Positions 25,228 through 35,189 of a stretch of 64,000 nucleotides of DNA are shown here, one piece after another. The notes beneath the pieces are model-generated. The model did no database searches, was not told the DNA's origin, and saw only the letters and a program-made list of their open reading frames with translations. The position numbers were made by a program, and so were the translations under genes. The number at the start of each line of letters is the position of its first letter. Within the stretch, counting starts at the first letter, position 1. The stretch is taken from the IMG/VR virus record IMGVR_UViG_3300009177_000720. The stretch is one strand, 5' to 3'. This DNA comes from a virus.

Positions 25228-26601
25228 TTACTCTCGGGAGTAATGCTTAAGAAAAAATTCCAAATCTTCCGGGGTTCCTAGTCCCCACATTTTGTCAGCT
25301 CTAAATATCTTTACACGATGCCGTTCGGCGAAAGCTTCATTATAAACGGGGCAAACATAAAATTCATTGTTGACTCTAATGTTTTTGGAAATCATTTGCT
25401 CGGCTAACCTTACATATTCGGAGCCCTTTTTCCAATAGTAGATGCCTACAGTAGCTTCATTGCTGATTACTTTCTTTTCAGCTACCTCACAAGCATAACC
25501 GTCTTCACCCAAACGAACGTAACTCCATTTTGGATCATCTGCCAGGAATGTGAGTATTCCGCCGTCAGCATCATCACATAACATAGAGTACATAAAATCA
25601 CAACTGCTCCATTCAACAAATTGATCAGAATTAGCAATTAATAAATGCTTATCATTATCAATAAATTCTTTAGCCAACAAAGTTGTGCAGGCCGCACCTT
25701 CCGTCAAACCATCGGTCAAAACAACTGAACAACCGGGAGCCATCAATTCCAAATAAGCTTTAACGTTATACTTCTCGGCATGTTCTTTTTGTACCACGAA
25801 AATGTAATGAGCATCGATATTAAGGTTATCCACTACATGTTGAATCATAGGTTTACCATTCACATCGATCAATGGTTTTGGTAACTTGAAACCTACTTTG
25901 CTGAATCGGCTACCAGCTCCCGCCATTGGAATCAAGACATTGACATCAGACTTGCCAGCCCATTTGATTCGGTCTGGTTTCGCCTGGGCGATGACACGCT
26001 TAATACGCTCCAAAGTAAAATCGAAACTATTATCTACTCCACAGACGTAGGCGCCAGAAAGAACGGCAGCCTCACGACCATGTTTAGAATCTTCTACAAT
26101 GATTGTTTGGGAAGGACTAACGCCCGCCTCAGCCATACAGGTTAAGTAAATTTCAGGATTAGGCTTGGAGTTTTTAACATCCTGATTCGAGTAGACCTTA
26201 TCTACCAAATGAGCAATGCCCAATTTTTGGAGCCCAAGTTCAACGGTAGCCCTAATGGCATTAGATGCCACGTAAAACAGATAACCTTCTGCCTTAAGGG
26301 AGGCAATGACGTTAACGATGTCGTAATTAACCTTATTGAAGGATTCTAATAGTTCAACAGTGAACTTTTGCTTAAGTGTGTTTACTGTATCAGATTCCTC
26401 TAACGGGAACCCTTTTAGTTCGGATAATAGTTTTAGTTTACGCTTAGTAGATAACCCATCGAAAGTCTTGACATGTTCTTCGGGAGAAATGACATATTGT
26501 TCGCCTGTAGGTCTAAGCGCTCTATTTAAGGCTTCAAAGTGGATTTCTTTCAAATCCAAGAGAACCCCATCGAAATCACTGATAATAAGCTTAATTGGCA
26601 T
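25228..26601 (-). CDS. HAD phosphatase fused to sugar-phosphate nucleotidyltransferase
   Basis: DFDGV, KPNPEIY, VEDS then LIPMAGAGSRF..PKPLI, TEGAACT, AEKKVIS, GLGTPEDL. Confidence 0.9.
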   Translation of the reverse strand: MPIKLIISDFDGVLLDLKEIHFEALNRALRPTGEQYVISPEEHVKTFDGLSTKRKLKLLSELKGFPLEESDTVNTLKQKFTVELLESFNKVNYDIVNVIASLKAEGYLFYVASNAIRATVELGLQKLGIAHLVDKVYSNQDVKNSKPNPEIYLTCMAEAGVSPSQTIIVEDSKHGREAAVLSGAYVCGVDNSFDFTLERIKRVIAQAKPDRIKWAGKSDVNVLIPMAGAGSRFSKVGFKLPKPLIDVNGKPMIQHVVDNLNIDAHYIFVVQKEHAEKYNVKAYLELMAPGCSVVLTDGLTEGAACTTLLAKEFIDNDKHLLIANSDQFVEWSSCDFMYSMLCDDADGGILTFLADDPKWSYVRLGEDGYACEVAEKKVISNEATVGIYYWKKGSEYVRLAEQMISKNIRVNNEFYVCPVYNEAFAERHRVKIFRADKMWGLGTPEDLEFFLKHYSRE

Positions 26602-26602
26602 C

Positions 26603-27049
26603 TTACTTAAATATCTGATATTTGATAGGATGATCCGTACAAACGCCTCCCGCCTTAGAGATGTCCCAGCCGGGCACCCTCTCTGGCATAACCGCAATTG
26701 AACGCCATCCCAAGACGGGCTGGCCAGGGTAGGTCCAAATCCATTTTTGGGTGGTTAGGACACAAGCATCAGTATCATGAAAAAAGGCGTGAACAGGGAA
26801 GCCAGGATCTATAAGTGCCGTAATTGCCTCAATGTTTTTGGCATGGCACCAAAACTTGTTATTTTCTAAAAAATAATCGGGCACTTCATATTGAGGAGCA
26901 TCATGGCCTAAAATGTATTTACCATTAATTAGCCAAACATCTAATTCGACATCATAGCCTTTACGGACTGCATCCCTAAGATAATCTGGATGATTTTCTT
27001 TGTCTGGGTTAGGTCCCTGAGTATTGCCACGATGAGCGATGTAGATCAT
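26603..27049 (-). CDS. GDPD-like phosphodiesterase
   Basis: IAHRGN, EN, DVELDVW, LGHD, GVCTD. Confidence 0.85.
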   Translation of the reverse strand: MIYIAHRGNTQGPNPDKENHPDYLRDAVRKGYDVELDVWLINGKYILGHDAPQYEVPDYFLENNKFWCHAKNIEAITALIDPGFPVHAFFHDTDACVLTTQKWIWTYPGQPVLGWRSIAVMPERVPGWDISKAGGVCTDHPIKYQIFK

Positions 27050-27822
27050 TTATTAGCCTGTTTCCAAAGCTCTAATACTCGATTCTCTTGTTCTGCGTTA
27101 CAAAACTTATCATGTTCATCAAATAGGTTGTACGGCATTTTGGCCCCAAAAATATCCGCTCTCCCCTTAGAATTTTTGAAATCCCACTCTTCTCTAGATT
27201 TGCTAATATAATGGGCGACCCAAAGAATATCATGGTGAGGCGGACAATTGAATGGACCACTAACAACAGCTTTGTTAGTATTAACCGATACTTCTCCAGG
27301 AGGTAGTCTTGGGTGATGCGGATCATCTGTTCTTTGAGCTAGCGTTCTATCTGGCTGACAAATGAATTGTGTATGATTATTAATCCCTGCCTCTGGTACA
27401 GCGCGCATTAAGAATCTTTCATAAAGAGGCTCACCGGTATTCTTTAAATGACCAGAAGAACCGAAAGTGTGCCAGTTACACTGTAAACAAGCATACTGTT
27501 CATAATTTCTAAGAATTTCTTTAATATCTGTCGTTTGTGATGGTACTAATATTTGATCGGCATCGATAAGCGCCAACCACTTGGTTCTACCCTTATTGTG
27601 ACCAATCAGTTGGGCCCAGGCAATAGCATGAACATTTTCCGGAACATCTGGAAAATGGACGATCTCCACATCAGGATCATCTTTAAACATTTCCTTCATC
27701 TTATGATATTCTCTATCAAAGAAAACAAACTTTTCAACTCCTACATGTTTATGGTACTTAACAAAGTCCTTCATATAGGGTTCTTCATTTTTCAGACAAG
27801 ATCCGAGTGTAAGGTAAGTCAT
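27046..27822 (-). CDS. glycosyltransferase (GT92/GT2-like)
   Basis: KNEEPYMKDFVKYH..VGVEKF, WLALIDADQ, HYISKSREEW. Confidence 0.85.
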   Translation of the reverse strand: MTYLTLGSCLKNEEPYMKDFVKYHKHVGVEKFVFFDREYHKMKEMFKDDPDVEIVHFPDVPENVHAIAWAQLIGHNKGRTKWLALIDADQILVPSQTTDIKEILRNYEQYACLQCNWHTFGSSGHLKNTGEPLYERFLMRAVPEAGINNHTQFICQPDRTLAQRTDDPHHPRLPPGEVSVNTNKAVVSGPFNCPPHHDILWVAHYISKSREEWDFKNSKGRADIFGAKMPYNLFDEHDKFCNAEQENRVLELWKQANK

Positions 27823-28493
27823 TTCTTCAGCTCCCAGACAAATTGATATAAAATTCCATCTGGTCTATCTTGTAATACTTGAGAGACCCCTTCTGGAACA
27901 TCTGTTAGATTATTTTTGAATTCTGTATGCTCAACTGCACAATATGTGTTAATTTCTTTAGCTACATAGAGCCCGGCCTCTTCGACCATCTTAGTTAGGG
28001 ATTCCCTGGTGAAAAATCTGAGATGTGTGTTATCCAATAATCCAGTTTCTCTATAATTGAACTTACCATTGATTAAATCAATAATAACAGAATTATGACC
28101 AATATTAGGAATTGAAATTAATATGGAACCATCTTCTTTAAGGAGATCCTTAGCCTTATTGAGCGCTTTCCAAGGGTCTCGAAGGTGCTCCAAAACATCA
28201 GCAAATATAATATGGTCAAAAGGGCCGGTCCAATAAATCCACTGGTAATTTTCGATATCTCCGATGGATGGACCAACCATATAATGATCGGCATACTTAG
28301 ATGCTTCCATGCCGTCATCATAGTCAAATTCTACTATATAGGTTTTGCAGTTTAATATTTCTTTCATGTATTTGGTCATGTACCCACTGGCTGGACCAAA
28401 TTCTAATACAGTGCTATTCGGCGTGACATTCCTAAGAATTTGGGCAGCCGAGTTATCACTATTCATATCAACTTCATGAGTATATTTACCCAT
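27819..28493 (-). CDS. class I SAM-dependent methyltransferase
   Basis: VLEFGPASG, FDHIIFADVLEHL, GLLDNTHLRFFT. Confidence 0.92.
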   Translation of the reverse strand: MGKYTHEVDMNSDNSAAQILRNVTPNSTVLEFGPASGYMTKYMKEILNCKTYIVEFDYDDGMEASKYADHYMVGPSIGDIENYQWIYWTGPFDHIIFADVLEHLRDPWKALNKAKDLLKEDGSILISIPNIGHNSVIIDLINGKFNYRETGLLDNTHLRFFTRESLTKMVEEAGLYVAKEINTYCAVEHTEFKNNLTDVPEGVSQVLQDRPDGILYQFVWELKK

Positions 28494-28650
28494 TGCGTTT
28501 CCTAATAATTACGACTTCAGGGCTCTTACGTTCCTGGTCGTTTTCGTTACTATAACCACACTGGCGACATTTAACTTTTTTGTTGATGGCGCGTTCGGCC
28601 CCCACAACATCCATCTCGCCACGACAAAACTTACACCTTAATAACTTCAT
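28486..28650 (-). CDS. small Zn-ribbon protein (54 aa)
   Basis: Manual translation: CKFC...CRQCG; GAGG SD. Confidence 0.65.
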   Translation of the reverse strand: MKLLRCKFCRGEMDVVGAERAINKKVKCRQCGYSNENDQERKSPEVVIIRKRNG

Positions 28651-28826
28651 TGTTCCTCAATCTTAACTTTATTTAAAGCCCTAGTAACGGCGTTGCGCAG
28701 GATTGTTATTCCAACACCACATAATATACCAACCCATATACTGTTAGCTACAACAGCAAAGAACCCAATGTAAAGGGCGAGTAATACCGCTTCACCTAAA
28801 TACCAATATACTTGCAGCTTTTTCAT
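28647..28826 (-). CDS. small two-TM membrane protein (59 aa)
   Basis: Manual translation MKKLQVYWYLGEAVLLALYIGFF... Confidence 0.6.
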   Translation of the reverse strand: MKKLQVYWYLGEAVLLALYIGFFAVVANSIWVGILCGVGITILRNAVTRALNKVKIEEQ

Positions 28827-28832
28827 AGTACC

Positions 28833-29309
28833 TTATGTAAATAATAACAATTTTTTAAGACGAGGCTCCAAATGCTTGTCGTCTAACTGGTATCCCGGAT
28901 TGGCAGCAATAAACTTCATGATTTCGGCTCGACAAGCATTCAACATATCATCTTTGAACTTATTGTTCTTCAAGTTGATAGCTAGTCGACTGAATCTCAT
29001 TACTTTCTTATTTTCTCTATACAAATGCTGTAAATAAACCAATCTATTAGCCCTTGGAGAAGAATGAACTTTAATTAATTCTTCTTGACCATTATGTTCT
29101 AATTTAACTGGATAGTATGGTAGAACAAATAATCCACCATATCTGGTTTCAAATCCAATATTTGAATATCTTTTATTAACAGACTTAGCAGTGAATTCCA
29201 TATAGTAATTCACTCTAGCATCTGGAAATTCTGCTTTAACAGCATTATACTTCGCTAAAGCATATTCAGTTTCTTTAATATGATCATCAATGGAGCGGGA
29301 CCTTGCCAT
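28833..29309 (-). CDS. hypothetical protein
   Basis: 158 aa; C-terminus PRLKKLLLFT. Confidence 0.72.
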   Translation of the reverse strand: MARSRSIDDHIKETEYALAKYNAVKAEFPDARVNYYMEFTAKSVNKRYSNIGFETRYGGLFVLPYYPVKLEHNGQEELIKVHSSPRANRLVYLQHLYRENKKVMRFSRLAINLKNNKFKDDMLNACRAEIMKFIAANPGYQLDDKHLEPRLKKLLLFT

Positions 29310-29327
29310 ACCCCATAATATATCTGA

Positions 29328-29843
29328 TTATTCTTCGTGATCAAATGATACGACAGTAAATCGATCATCTAAAATTTCTTCAATAGCGGGCTTAACTTCA
29401 GCCCAAGAAAGACCACCGATACCAACTCCTGGCCTTGGGACCATGATGCCAGTTAATCCGAATTGCTCTACATAATCCTTAAGAAGAGTAGCTGACTGTT
29501 TAATCAGTTCTAGATTAGAGCCATGGATGATATTGTGAATGGTTGGAAAGCTAAAGATAAGACACTTAAACTTTCTCTCACGAATCATCTCTCGGTCAGG
29601 TTCTAGATACTCCCCATTCTCATCCAAAGCACCAATGACGAAGGGAACATTGGACCCAAAGGTTTTGAGCATGCGGCCTAGCTTCCTAGCCGTCTCTGGC
29701 CAACGCTTGGCACAAACTCCTGCACAACCACCGCCCATGGCCGCAATACCCTGCATGGTATATTGCCCGTTGGTGGTAATACAAATGGCATCGACATCAT
29801 CTTCGTAGATGGTCTCAAACAAATCAGTTTTTCGTTCTTTCAT
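29328..29843 (-). CDS. macrodomain (ADP-ribose-binding/hydrolase) protein
   Basis: DAICITTNG, MGGGCA, FSFPT, PRPGVGIGGLSW. Confidence 0.88.
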   Translation of the reverse strand: MKERKTDLFETIYEDDVDAICITTNGQYTMQGIAAMGGGCAGVCAKRWPETARKLGRMLKTFGSNVPFVIGALDENGEYLEPDREMIRERKFKCLIFSFPTIHNIIHGSNLELIKQSATLLKDYVEQFGLTGIMVPRPGVGIGGLSWAEVKPAIEEILDDRFTVVSFDHEE

Positions 29844-30193
29844 GGCAGCTCTTCAAAATCCCGTAACATGGTCTTAGCATAATCCTTCAGGGTTGGTGAA
29901 GGGTCATTGGTAGACATGACTTTTAGCCTATCCAATATATCTTGTGGAGGCTTCTTTTCTAAATAAAAAGAGGAAACCCCTATACAGGCTCCCTCTCGGA
30001 CAATCGCATTTACATGCTTTAGAAGTTGTCTTAGGACGGGTAGGACCAGGGTTTCATCGGTTACCTCTCCTCCTAAAATTTCAGCCCCAGATGTCAACAA
30101 TCTAATGTCGGCATTGGGGCTGGTTAAAATTCGTGATAGTTCTTTTGGATTGGTCTTTGCAAGGCTAATTAATTGGTTGTCAGAGTAATTCAT
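29840..30193 (-). CDS. HEAT-repeat protein
   Basis: LRQLLKHVNAIVREGA, NDPSPTLKDYA. Confidence 0.75.
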   Translation of the reverse strand: MNYSDNQLISLAKTNPKELSRILTSPNADIRLLTSGAEILGGEVTDETLVLPVLRQLLKHVNAIVREGACIGVSSFYLEKKPPQDILDRLKVMSTNDPSPTLKDYAKTMLRDFEELP

Positions 30194-30915
30194 CGTATGT
30201 CATAGTCCGATTTATAGTATGTCCGCTTTGCTTGGACCTGAACAATCTCCTTGGTTTCAACAACCATAGCAGTTAGCCTGCCACCGAAGCAGCAGCCAGT
30301 ATCCAAACCATAACACGTAACACCGGGATACAATTCTTCTATAAGCGGATTTTCAAACGAATGTACGTTGTGCCCGTACACTACTGATTCTGGACCATAC
30401 CAGAACTCAGTCCAGAAGTGTGCCCCTGTAGCTTCCTTACCGAGTCTACTAATCTTTTTTAAGCTCAGAAACTTTTTATCAGCATCTGTATACCTAAGAT
30501 AATACAAATCATCTTTGCTTTGGTTACGCAAAGGAATTCCTGGACGCACACCTGCATGAACTACAATCATATTATGATTCGGTAATTCAATGTAAGGAGA
30601 CATCCTTGCAATATAATTTACGTCTTCATCCGAAAACTGGGTGTAGTGGGCTCGACGGTCATAGACATCATTCTTAGAACCAAAACTCTTGTACCATTTC
30701 ATGAACTTATGCTCATGGTTACCCATGACACACTCTAGGTCCATCTCTCTGGCCTTCTTGACTACAGCCACAGAGTCCGGTCCACGATCAACTAAATCGC
30801 CTAGTAGGATGAGTCTATCTGTTTCTTTATTATAAGAAAGAGTCTTAATCAACTCATTAAACTCATCGATACAACCGTGAATATCACCAACTACTATTGT
30901 TCTCTTAATTTCCAT
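30190..30915 (-). CDS. calcineurin-like metallophosphoesterase (PrpE/ApaH-like)
   Basis: GDIHG, GDLVDRG, GNHE, HAG, GH, DTGC. Confidence 0.93.
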   Translation of the reverse strand: MEIKRTIVVGDIHGCIDEFNELIKTLSYNKETDRLILLGDLVDRGPDSVAVVKKAREMDLECVMGNHEHKFMKWYKSFGSKNDVYDRRAHYTQFSDEDVNYIARMSPYIELPNHNMIVVHAGVRPGIPLRNQSKDDLYYLRYTDADKKFLSLKKISRLGKEATGAHFWTEFWYGPESVVYGHNVHSFENPLIEELYPGVTCYGLDTGCCFGGRLTAMVVETKEIVQVQAKRTYYKSDYDIR

Positions 30916-31162
30916 CCTTCTTAATTTCTTCTTTCCGCGTTACTTCAGCAGGGTCATCAAATACGATCTTTGTCTTTCCATTGTGACCATGAATGAATTC
31001 AACGTCAGCTAGACAATCATAAAAAGCAGTGCTGGAGTGAGCACTAAGCCATTCAAGCGCGACCTTACCATTTGAAAACACAACACCCTCTGCTACTCTT
31101 CCGCAACCACTTACCCCTGACGCATCTTCCAATCTCATGAAATGAAATCTACGTATTCCCAT
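30905..31162 (-). CDS. hypothetical protein
   Basis: DASGVSGCGRVAEGVVFSNG...HGHNG. Confidence 0.75.
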   Translation of the reverse strand: MGIRRFHFMRLEDASGVSGCGRVAEGVVFSNGKVALEWLSAHSSTAFYDCLADVEFIHGHNGKTKIVFDDPAEVTRKEEIKKDGN

Positions 31163-31253
31163 ATTAACGATCCTTGTTATTCCCCTCGCCTCAATGTCTC
31201 GTTATTCACATAAATAATAACCATGTAATTAACGGTTGTCAAGCTTCCTTGAT

Positions 31254-31919
31254 TCAAAACTTTAGCTTATTCTTAATGATCTCTTGGTCTTTCCAATGAT
31301 CTGATGTTTGAACATGGTTAGCTCGCACACACTTCATAATACATTGTGAAAAGCTTTCATCTGAAAATTCATGGGCGACTCGAACTACTACGCCTTCCCT
31401 TATACCACCACACATAGATGGTTGATTCATAAAAGTTTCAACTAATTCTTTTAGTTCGTCTTTAGAATTAGCCACACCTTTGAATAATACAGGAACAGTA
31501 GGAACGCCTACTTCTTCGGCCCACATTTCTACTTCGTCCCAAGACGCCCACATTGGAGGGTCTCTAACAATCAAGTCTCTAACATTGAACAAAAGAAAGT
31601 ATCCTGGTAGTTCATTATACTCAATAGAGTGGCGAGCAAAGCACCACTCACCAAAGAGTTGAATGCCTTCTGGTATCTTATACTTGACAGCAGCGTGCAG
31701 GGCTTTTAACCCATCAAAAGATTCATGGGATGGTGGGCCCGAATGAGTCCTTGCAAAGCAACCATTGGCCTCTAAAGAAGTATTAGAGCCATCAACCTTC
31801 TCCGTAATGACAATTGGGGTCTTAACCAAGGCAATTGTAGAAAAGCCTATTTTGTCATCGTTGGTGGCTCCTGGGCTCCAAGGAAAGTGAAAAGTTCTAT
31901 TATATTTGGGAGAATCCAT
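31254..31919 (-). CDS. RNA ligase family protein (Rnl2-like nucleotidyltransferase domain)
   Basis: KYNRTFHFPWSPG, EKVDGSN, FGEW, EGVVVR; start at MDSPK. Confidence 0.88.
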   Translation of the reverse strand: MDSPKYNRTFHFPWSPGATNDDKIGFSTIALVKTPIVITEKVDGSNTSLEANGCFARTHSGPPSHESFDGLKALHAAVKYKIPEGIQLFGEWCFARHSIEYNELPGYFLLFNVRDLIVRDPPMWASWDEVEMWAEEVGVPTVPVLFKGVANSKDELKELVETFMNQPSMCGGIREGVVVRVAHEFSDESFSQCIMKCVRANHVQTSDHWKDQEIIKNKLKF

Positions 31920-31986
31920 GGTGCACCGTATATTTTCGCATATTCTTTTTAAACGTCTCGTTATAGAGCCAAGAAGGGCCGCCCTG

Positions 31987-32613
31987 ATGAAGCTATCCAA
32001 TTTAATTAATTATTTATCGTTTTTGACATCTCTGGCTATGCTTTTCGTACTGTTTTGGACTGTAAACGATATGTACGACAAAACGAAAGTATATCCCGAT
32101 CACGTTCATGTCACTATCTATCTTGAGCGTAATTTTGATGATTTCGAACAAGAAACTATAACATCAGCAGCTCTAAAATGGTCGGCGGCCACCAATCATG
32201 TTGTAGAGTACGATGTAGTACAATTACCGACTCGTGAAAAGATTAAGCATGAAAACGCTTTATTCTTTATCAAAATCTCCCCCGACAATCCAGTTATCAT
32301 CTTAATGGATAACACAAGAAAAAATACTACGCTAGCATATTACGACGACAAGTACAGCCTGCCAACCATCTCCCTGGTTACTGATCGTTTAACCGATGAA
32401 AGGTACGAAGAGGTAGTAATGCATGAGTTAGGTCACTCACTTGGGCTAGATCATTTAGAGGGGCTTGAAAACATTGATACTTTGATGTACCCCTACACTA
32501 GCATTGTGATCGATGGCATCACCATTCCGGCCGGGTCTGACCATGTAACAGAAAAGGATTTAAAGCAATTCTGTAAGCTTTATCACTGTGATGTTAATAA
32601 ATTAAAGCACTAA
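31987..32613 (+). CDS. matrixin-like metzincin protease with N-terminal membrane anchor
   Basis: HELGHSLGLDH, Met-turn LMYP. Confidence 0.88.
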   Translation: MKLSNLINYLSFLTSLAMLFVLFWTVNDMYDKTKVYPDHVHVTIYLERNFDDFEQETITSAALKWSAATNHVVEYDVVQLPTREKIKHENALFFIKISPDNPVIILMDNTRKNTTLAYYDDKYSLPTISLVTDRLTDERYEEVVMHELGHSLGLDHLEGLENIDTLMYPYTSIVIDGITIPAGSDHVTEKDLKQFCKLYHCDVNKLKH

Positions 32614-33342
32614 AAAGAATTTCTTCATCTTGGAGCGCTTCACGTATTTGGCGAATTTCTTTATTTCGTTAATGTTGTCTGAATCCAAAACAGCTTGCTC
32701 AATCTTCTCTACGTTAGCTAATTTGATTTTTTCAGCCATCAATCGCATATAAGTAAAGGATTGCGAATCAATAATTAAATCTTCTATTTGTGAAAGCTCA
32801 ATTAAATCACTGGTATGCTTAGCTAATTCAAATAAGTATCTCGGCTTTTTAGAGGTTAGGATTAAATCTTTGAATTTAGACACCTCTGACCCCTTAATAT
32901 GTTTCAAAAGCATATGAGCATATTTAACATTGTTAGACTTAATTATAATAGACTCTAATGGCTTGCGATCAGCACCTTTAACAAAGCAAGCAAATTTACA
33001 TATATATTTAATCTTTTTAGAATCAACTACTAGTTTCTGAAGTGCTTTAATATCACTATTCTTTATATTTTGTGCAAACAGAAAAGCATATTTAGCGTCC
33101 CTATTATCCAGAACTACCTTTTGCATTCGGTAGGGTTTATAAGCAAATTCGGTTGCAAAGAAGTAAGCTAGGGCAGAATCATTATCCCTAATTATTTCGT
33201 TTTGTAAACGCTCTAAATCCTCGGGATTATAGCCAGATTCGTCCTTACTATATGGATTTAATTTAAGCGGGGCGGCTTCACGTTTCTGGAGCCACCTTAG
33301 AGAGTCGGCACTAAAGTCACTCTCAAATAAGTATTTGTTCAT
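32602..33342 (-). CDS. helical repeat protein
   Basis: ~25-aa repeats (KYA..FA..IK..D...L...I.DS). Confidence 0.72.
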   Translation of the reverse strand: MNKYLFESDFSADSLRWLQKREAAPLKLNPYSKDESGYNPEDLERLQNEIIRDNDSALAYFFATEFAYKPYRMQKVVLDNRDAKYAFLFAQNIKNSDIKALQKLVVDSKKIKYICKFACFVKGADRKPLESIIIKSNNVKYAHMLLKHIKGSEVSKFKDLILTSKKPRYLFELAKHTSDLIELSQIEDLIIDSQSFTYMRLMAEKIKLANVEKIEQAVLDSDNINEIKKFAKYVKRSKMKKFFLVL

Positions 33343-33369
33343 ACTTATTTATATATCATAAACCACTTG

Positions 33370-33918
33370 CTATGATTCAATCCATTCTCGCATATATTCA
33401 AGGGCGGCTCTATGATTGGATTGATAGAAATGACCACCATTTAATCGATATGGCATAGCTAAAAAGTGTGATGCTAATTCATTAGCATGGCCATTAGGCG
33501 GGACTATTAAATCATCCTTGGCCGAAAGAACTAGGACACGATGAGGCCCTGAGTTACTGGTCACCGGCTGATGGGGCGGGTGATAGCGTGGAGTGACATT
33601 AAAAATTGGGTAGTACCCAGTATCACCCAGCGGAGTCCATAAGACGGTCTTCCTAATTATAACTTTGGGACGGAGGGCTAAATTGGATGCCCACCATCCA
33701 CCTAGCGAATGGCCCGCTACAGTGGCTTCTGGATAGGCTCTAATTAGGTTTTGTAACCTATCCAACTCTCGCTTAACCATCCCATCAGAGGTGGGCGTTT
33801 TACTGGAAAGCCAAATACAATTATAGTCAGACCAGAAAGACTTATCCCATACCCACTTGCTTTTAGCAATAAGAGGGTGAACTGCCCAACCTGAAATAAA
33901 AATAATAGTTTTCTTCAT
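33370..33918 (-). CDS. alpha/beta hydrolase
   Basis: GHSLGG nucleophile elbow, DDLIVP, GGHF. Confidence 0.88.
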   Translation of the reverse strand: MKKTIIFISGWAVHPLIAKSKWVWDKSFWSDYNCIWLSSKTPTSDGMVKRELDRLQNLIRAYPEATVAGHSLGGWWASNLALRPKVIIRKTVLWTPLGDTGYYPIFNVTPRYHPPHQPVTSNSGPHRVLVLSAKDDLIVPPNGHANELASHFLAMPYRLNGGHFYQSNHRAALEYMREWIES

Positions 33919-33927
33919 AGTGAAAAG

Positions 33928-33959
33928 AAAAAGCCGGACCCTTTTAGGAGTCCGGCTTT
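33928..33959 (-). terminator. intrinsic terminator
   Basis: AAGCCGGAC/GTCCGGCTT inverted repeat with U-tract. Confidence 0.85.
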
Positions 33960-33962
33960 GTA

Positions 33963-35174
33963 TTATTGAGCTACAGAGTTTTTTGAAATTTCAAGAAACT
34001 TATCCAAAAAGCTGTTACCCCAAGTTCCATCCTTACGATTTTTTTGTATGAAATCCTTCATGTTCTGGGCTTTACCGTCGAACATTGCAAAGAAAGGTGC
34101 GGTCCATAACTTTTTGTTTTGAGTTACCAAAATAGCAAAAGTCTTCTTGTCGCCCGGTGCCTTAGCATTAGCTTCCGCCAATGCCGCTTGATAAGCGATG
34201 TCATGTTGCTTGATAGCAGCCTGAACACCAACCTTGATTCTCTGAAGGTTCTTGACAATTTCTTCTGGCAAGAAGGGAACAACATCGTCATCCTTTTCCG
34301 CCAAAATCAATTCAACACAATTACGTTCAGAAGTTGCAAGAGTATCTCTAACCTTGTTGTAGGCTACATAAGCAGCGTTCTTGACCTTAATTCGATTGAA
34401 TTGAGAGTCTCGAACTACAACTCCTTCATGTTCCATTGGATTAAGGGTAGATACCCAATCTACTAGTTCATTGATGGAATTGAATCTATAAGACTTAACA
34501 AGTGGTAAATCAGAGGTGCATGGAGCATCACCCGGATCAACTTCTTGTAATGTATCTAAGCAGCGAGCTGCCAACAAAGTAATACCGTTGTTCGGATAAT
34601 TAACTACAATACGGTTGTACGGAGTAGTTAATTCAAAACAATAAGTATAGTTCTCGTAAACCTCAGCGCAAAGCTGATCAAAAGTAAAGTCGAGGGTGTC
34701 CTCAGTTGCCTTTTCAAAAAGTGTACGGAAGGTAAACAAGCCATTGTCCATGAGCAAATCTGCTTCAGGAACGGAACGGGTTGCAACGCACCATCTGTTA
34801 ATGAACTTGTCAAAATACATGATGCACAAGGTACCATCCAATTTTTCCAAGACAGCCAGCCTTTTATCAGACCAGTCGACCTGCGCCGCTGAGCCCTGGC
34901 CATGATTGAAGAATCTCTTCATTGGATAGGCTAGAATGACAGTTTTTCCTGGTACCACACCATCCTTAGGAGATGGAATGATGGATCCGTCTTCACGGGC
35001 CAGAATAAGTCCACGGCATTCTTGAGCCAAAGGATCATGTTCCTTAGCTTCAATTTGATCATAGTTCAAAGAAAACTTATGTCCAGACTTCGACAAAGAA
35101 GCATAGACTCCATGTTGTTCTTCCAGTTCCTTAAACGAATGAGTTTCCAGGAACTGCTGTACTAACAGCTTCAT
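33963..35174 (-). CDS. T4 Rnl1-like RNA ligase
   Basis: ECRGLIL, RFFN, EKLDGTL, FELTTPYNRIVV, EGVVV, RIKVK. Confidence 0.9.
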   Translation of the reverse strand: MKLLVQQFLETHSFKELEEQHGVYASLSKSGHKFSLNYDQIEAKEHDPLAQECRGLILAREDGSIIPSPKDGVVPGKTVILAYPMKRFFNHGQGSAAQVDWSDKRLAVLEKLDGTLCIMYFDKFINRWCVATRSVPEADLLMDNGLFTFRTLFEKATEDTLDFTFDQLCAEVYENYTYCFELTTPYNRIVVNYPNNGITLLAARCLDTLQEVDPGDAPCTSDLPLVKSYRFNSINELVDWVSTLNPMEHEGVVVRDSQFNRIKVKNAAYVAYNKVRDTLATSERNCVELILAEKDDDVVPFLPEEIVKNLQRIKVGVQAAIKQHDIAYQAALAEANAKAPGDKKTFAILVTQNKKLWTAPFFAMFDGKAQNMKDFIQKNRKDGTWGNSFLDKFLEISKNSVAQ

Positions 35175-35189
35175 TTTATTCTACTTTTC

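Noticed and set aside
20876-32000. Long N-terminal extensions given by the ORF track (21274, 26697, 32000, 31906)
   Set aside because: They overlap the tmRNA or neighbouring genes; downstream ATGs match the domain boundaries.
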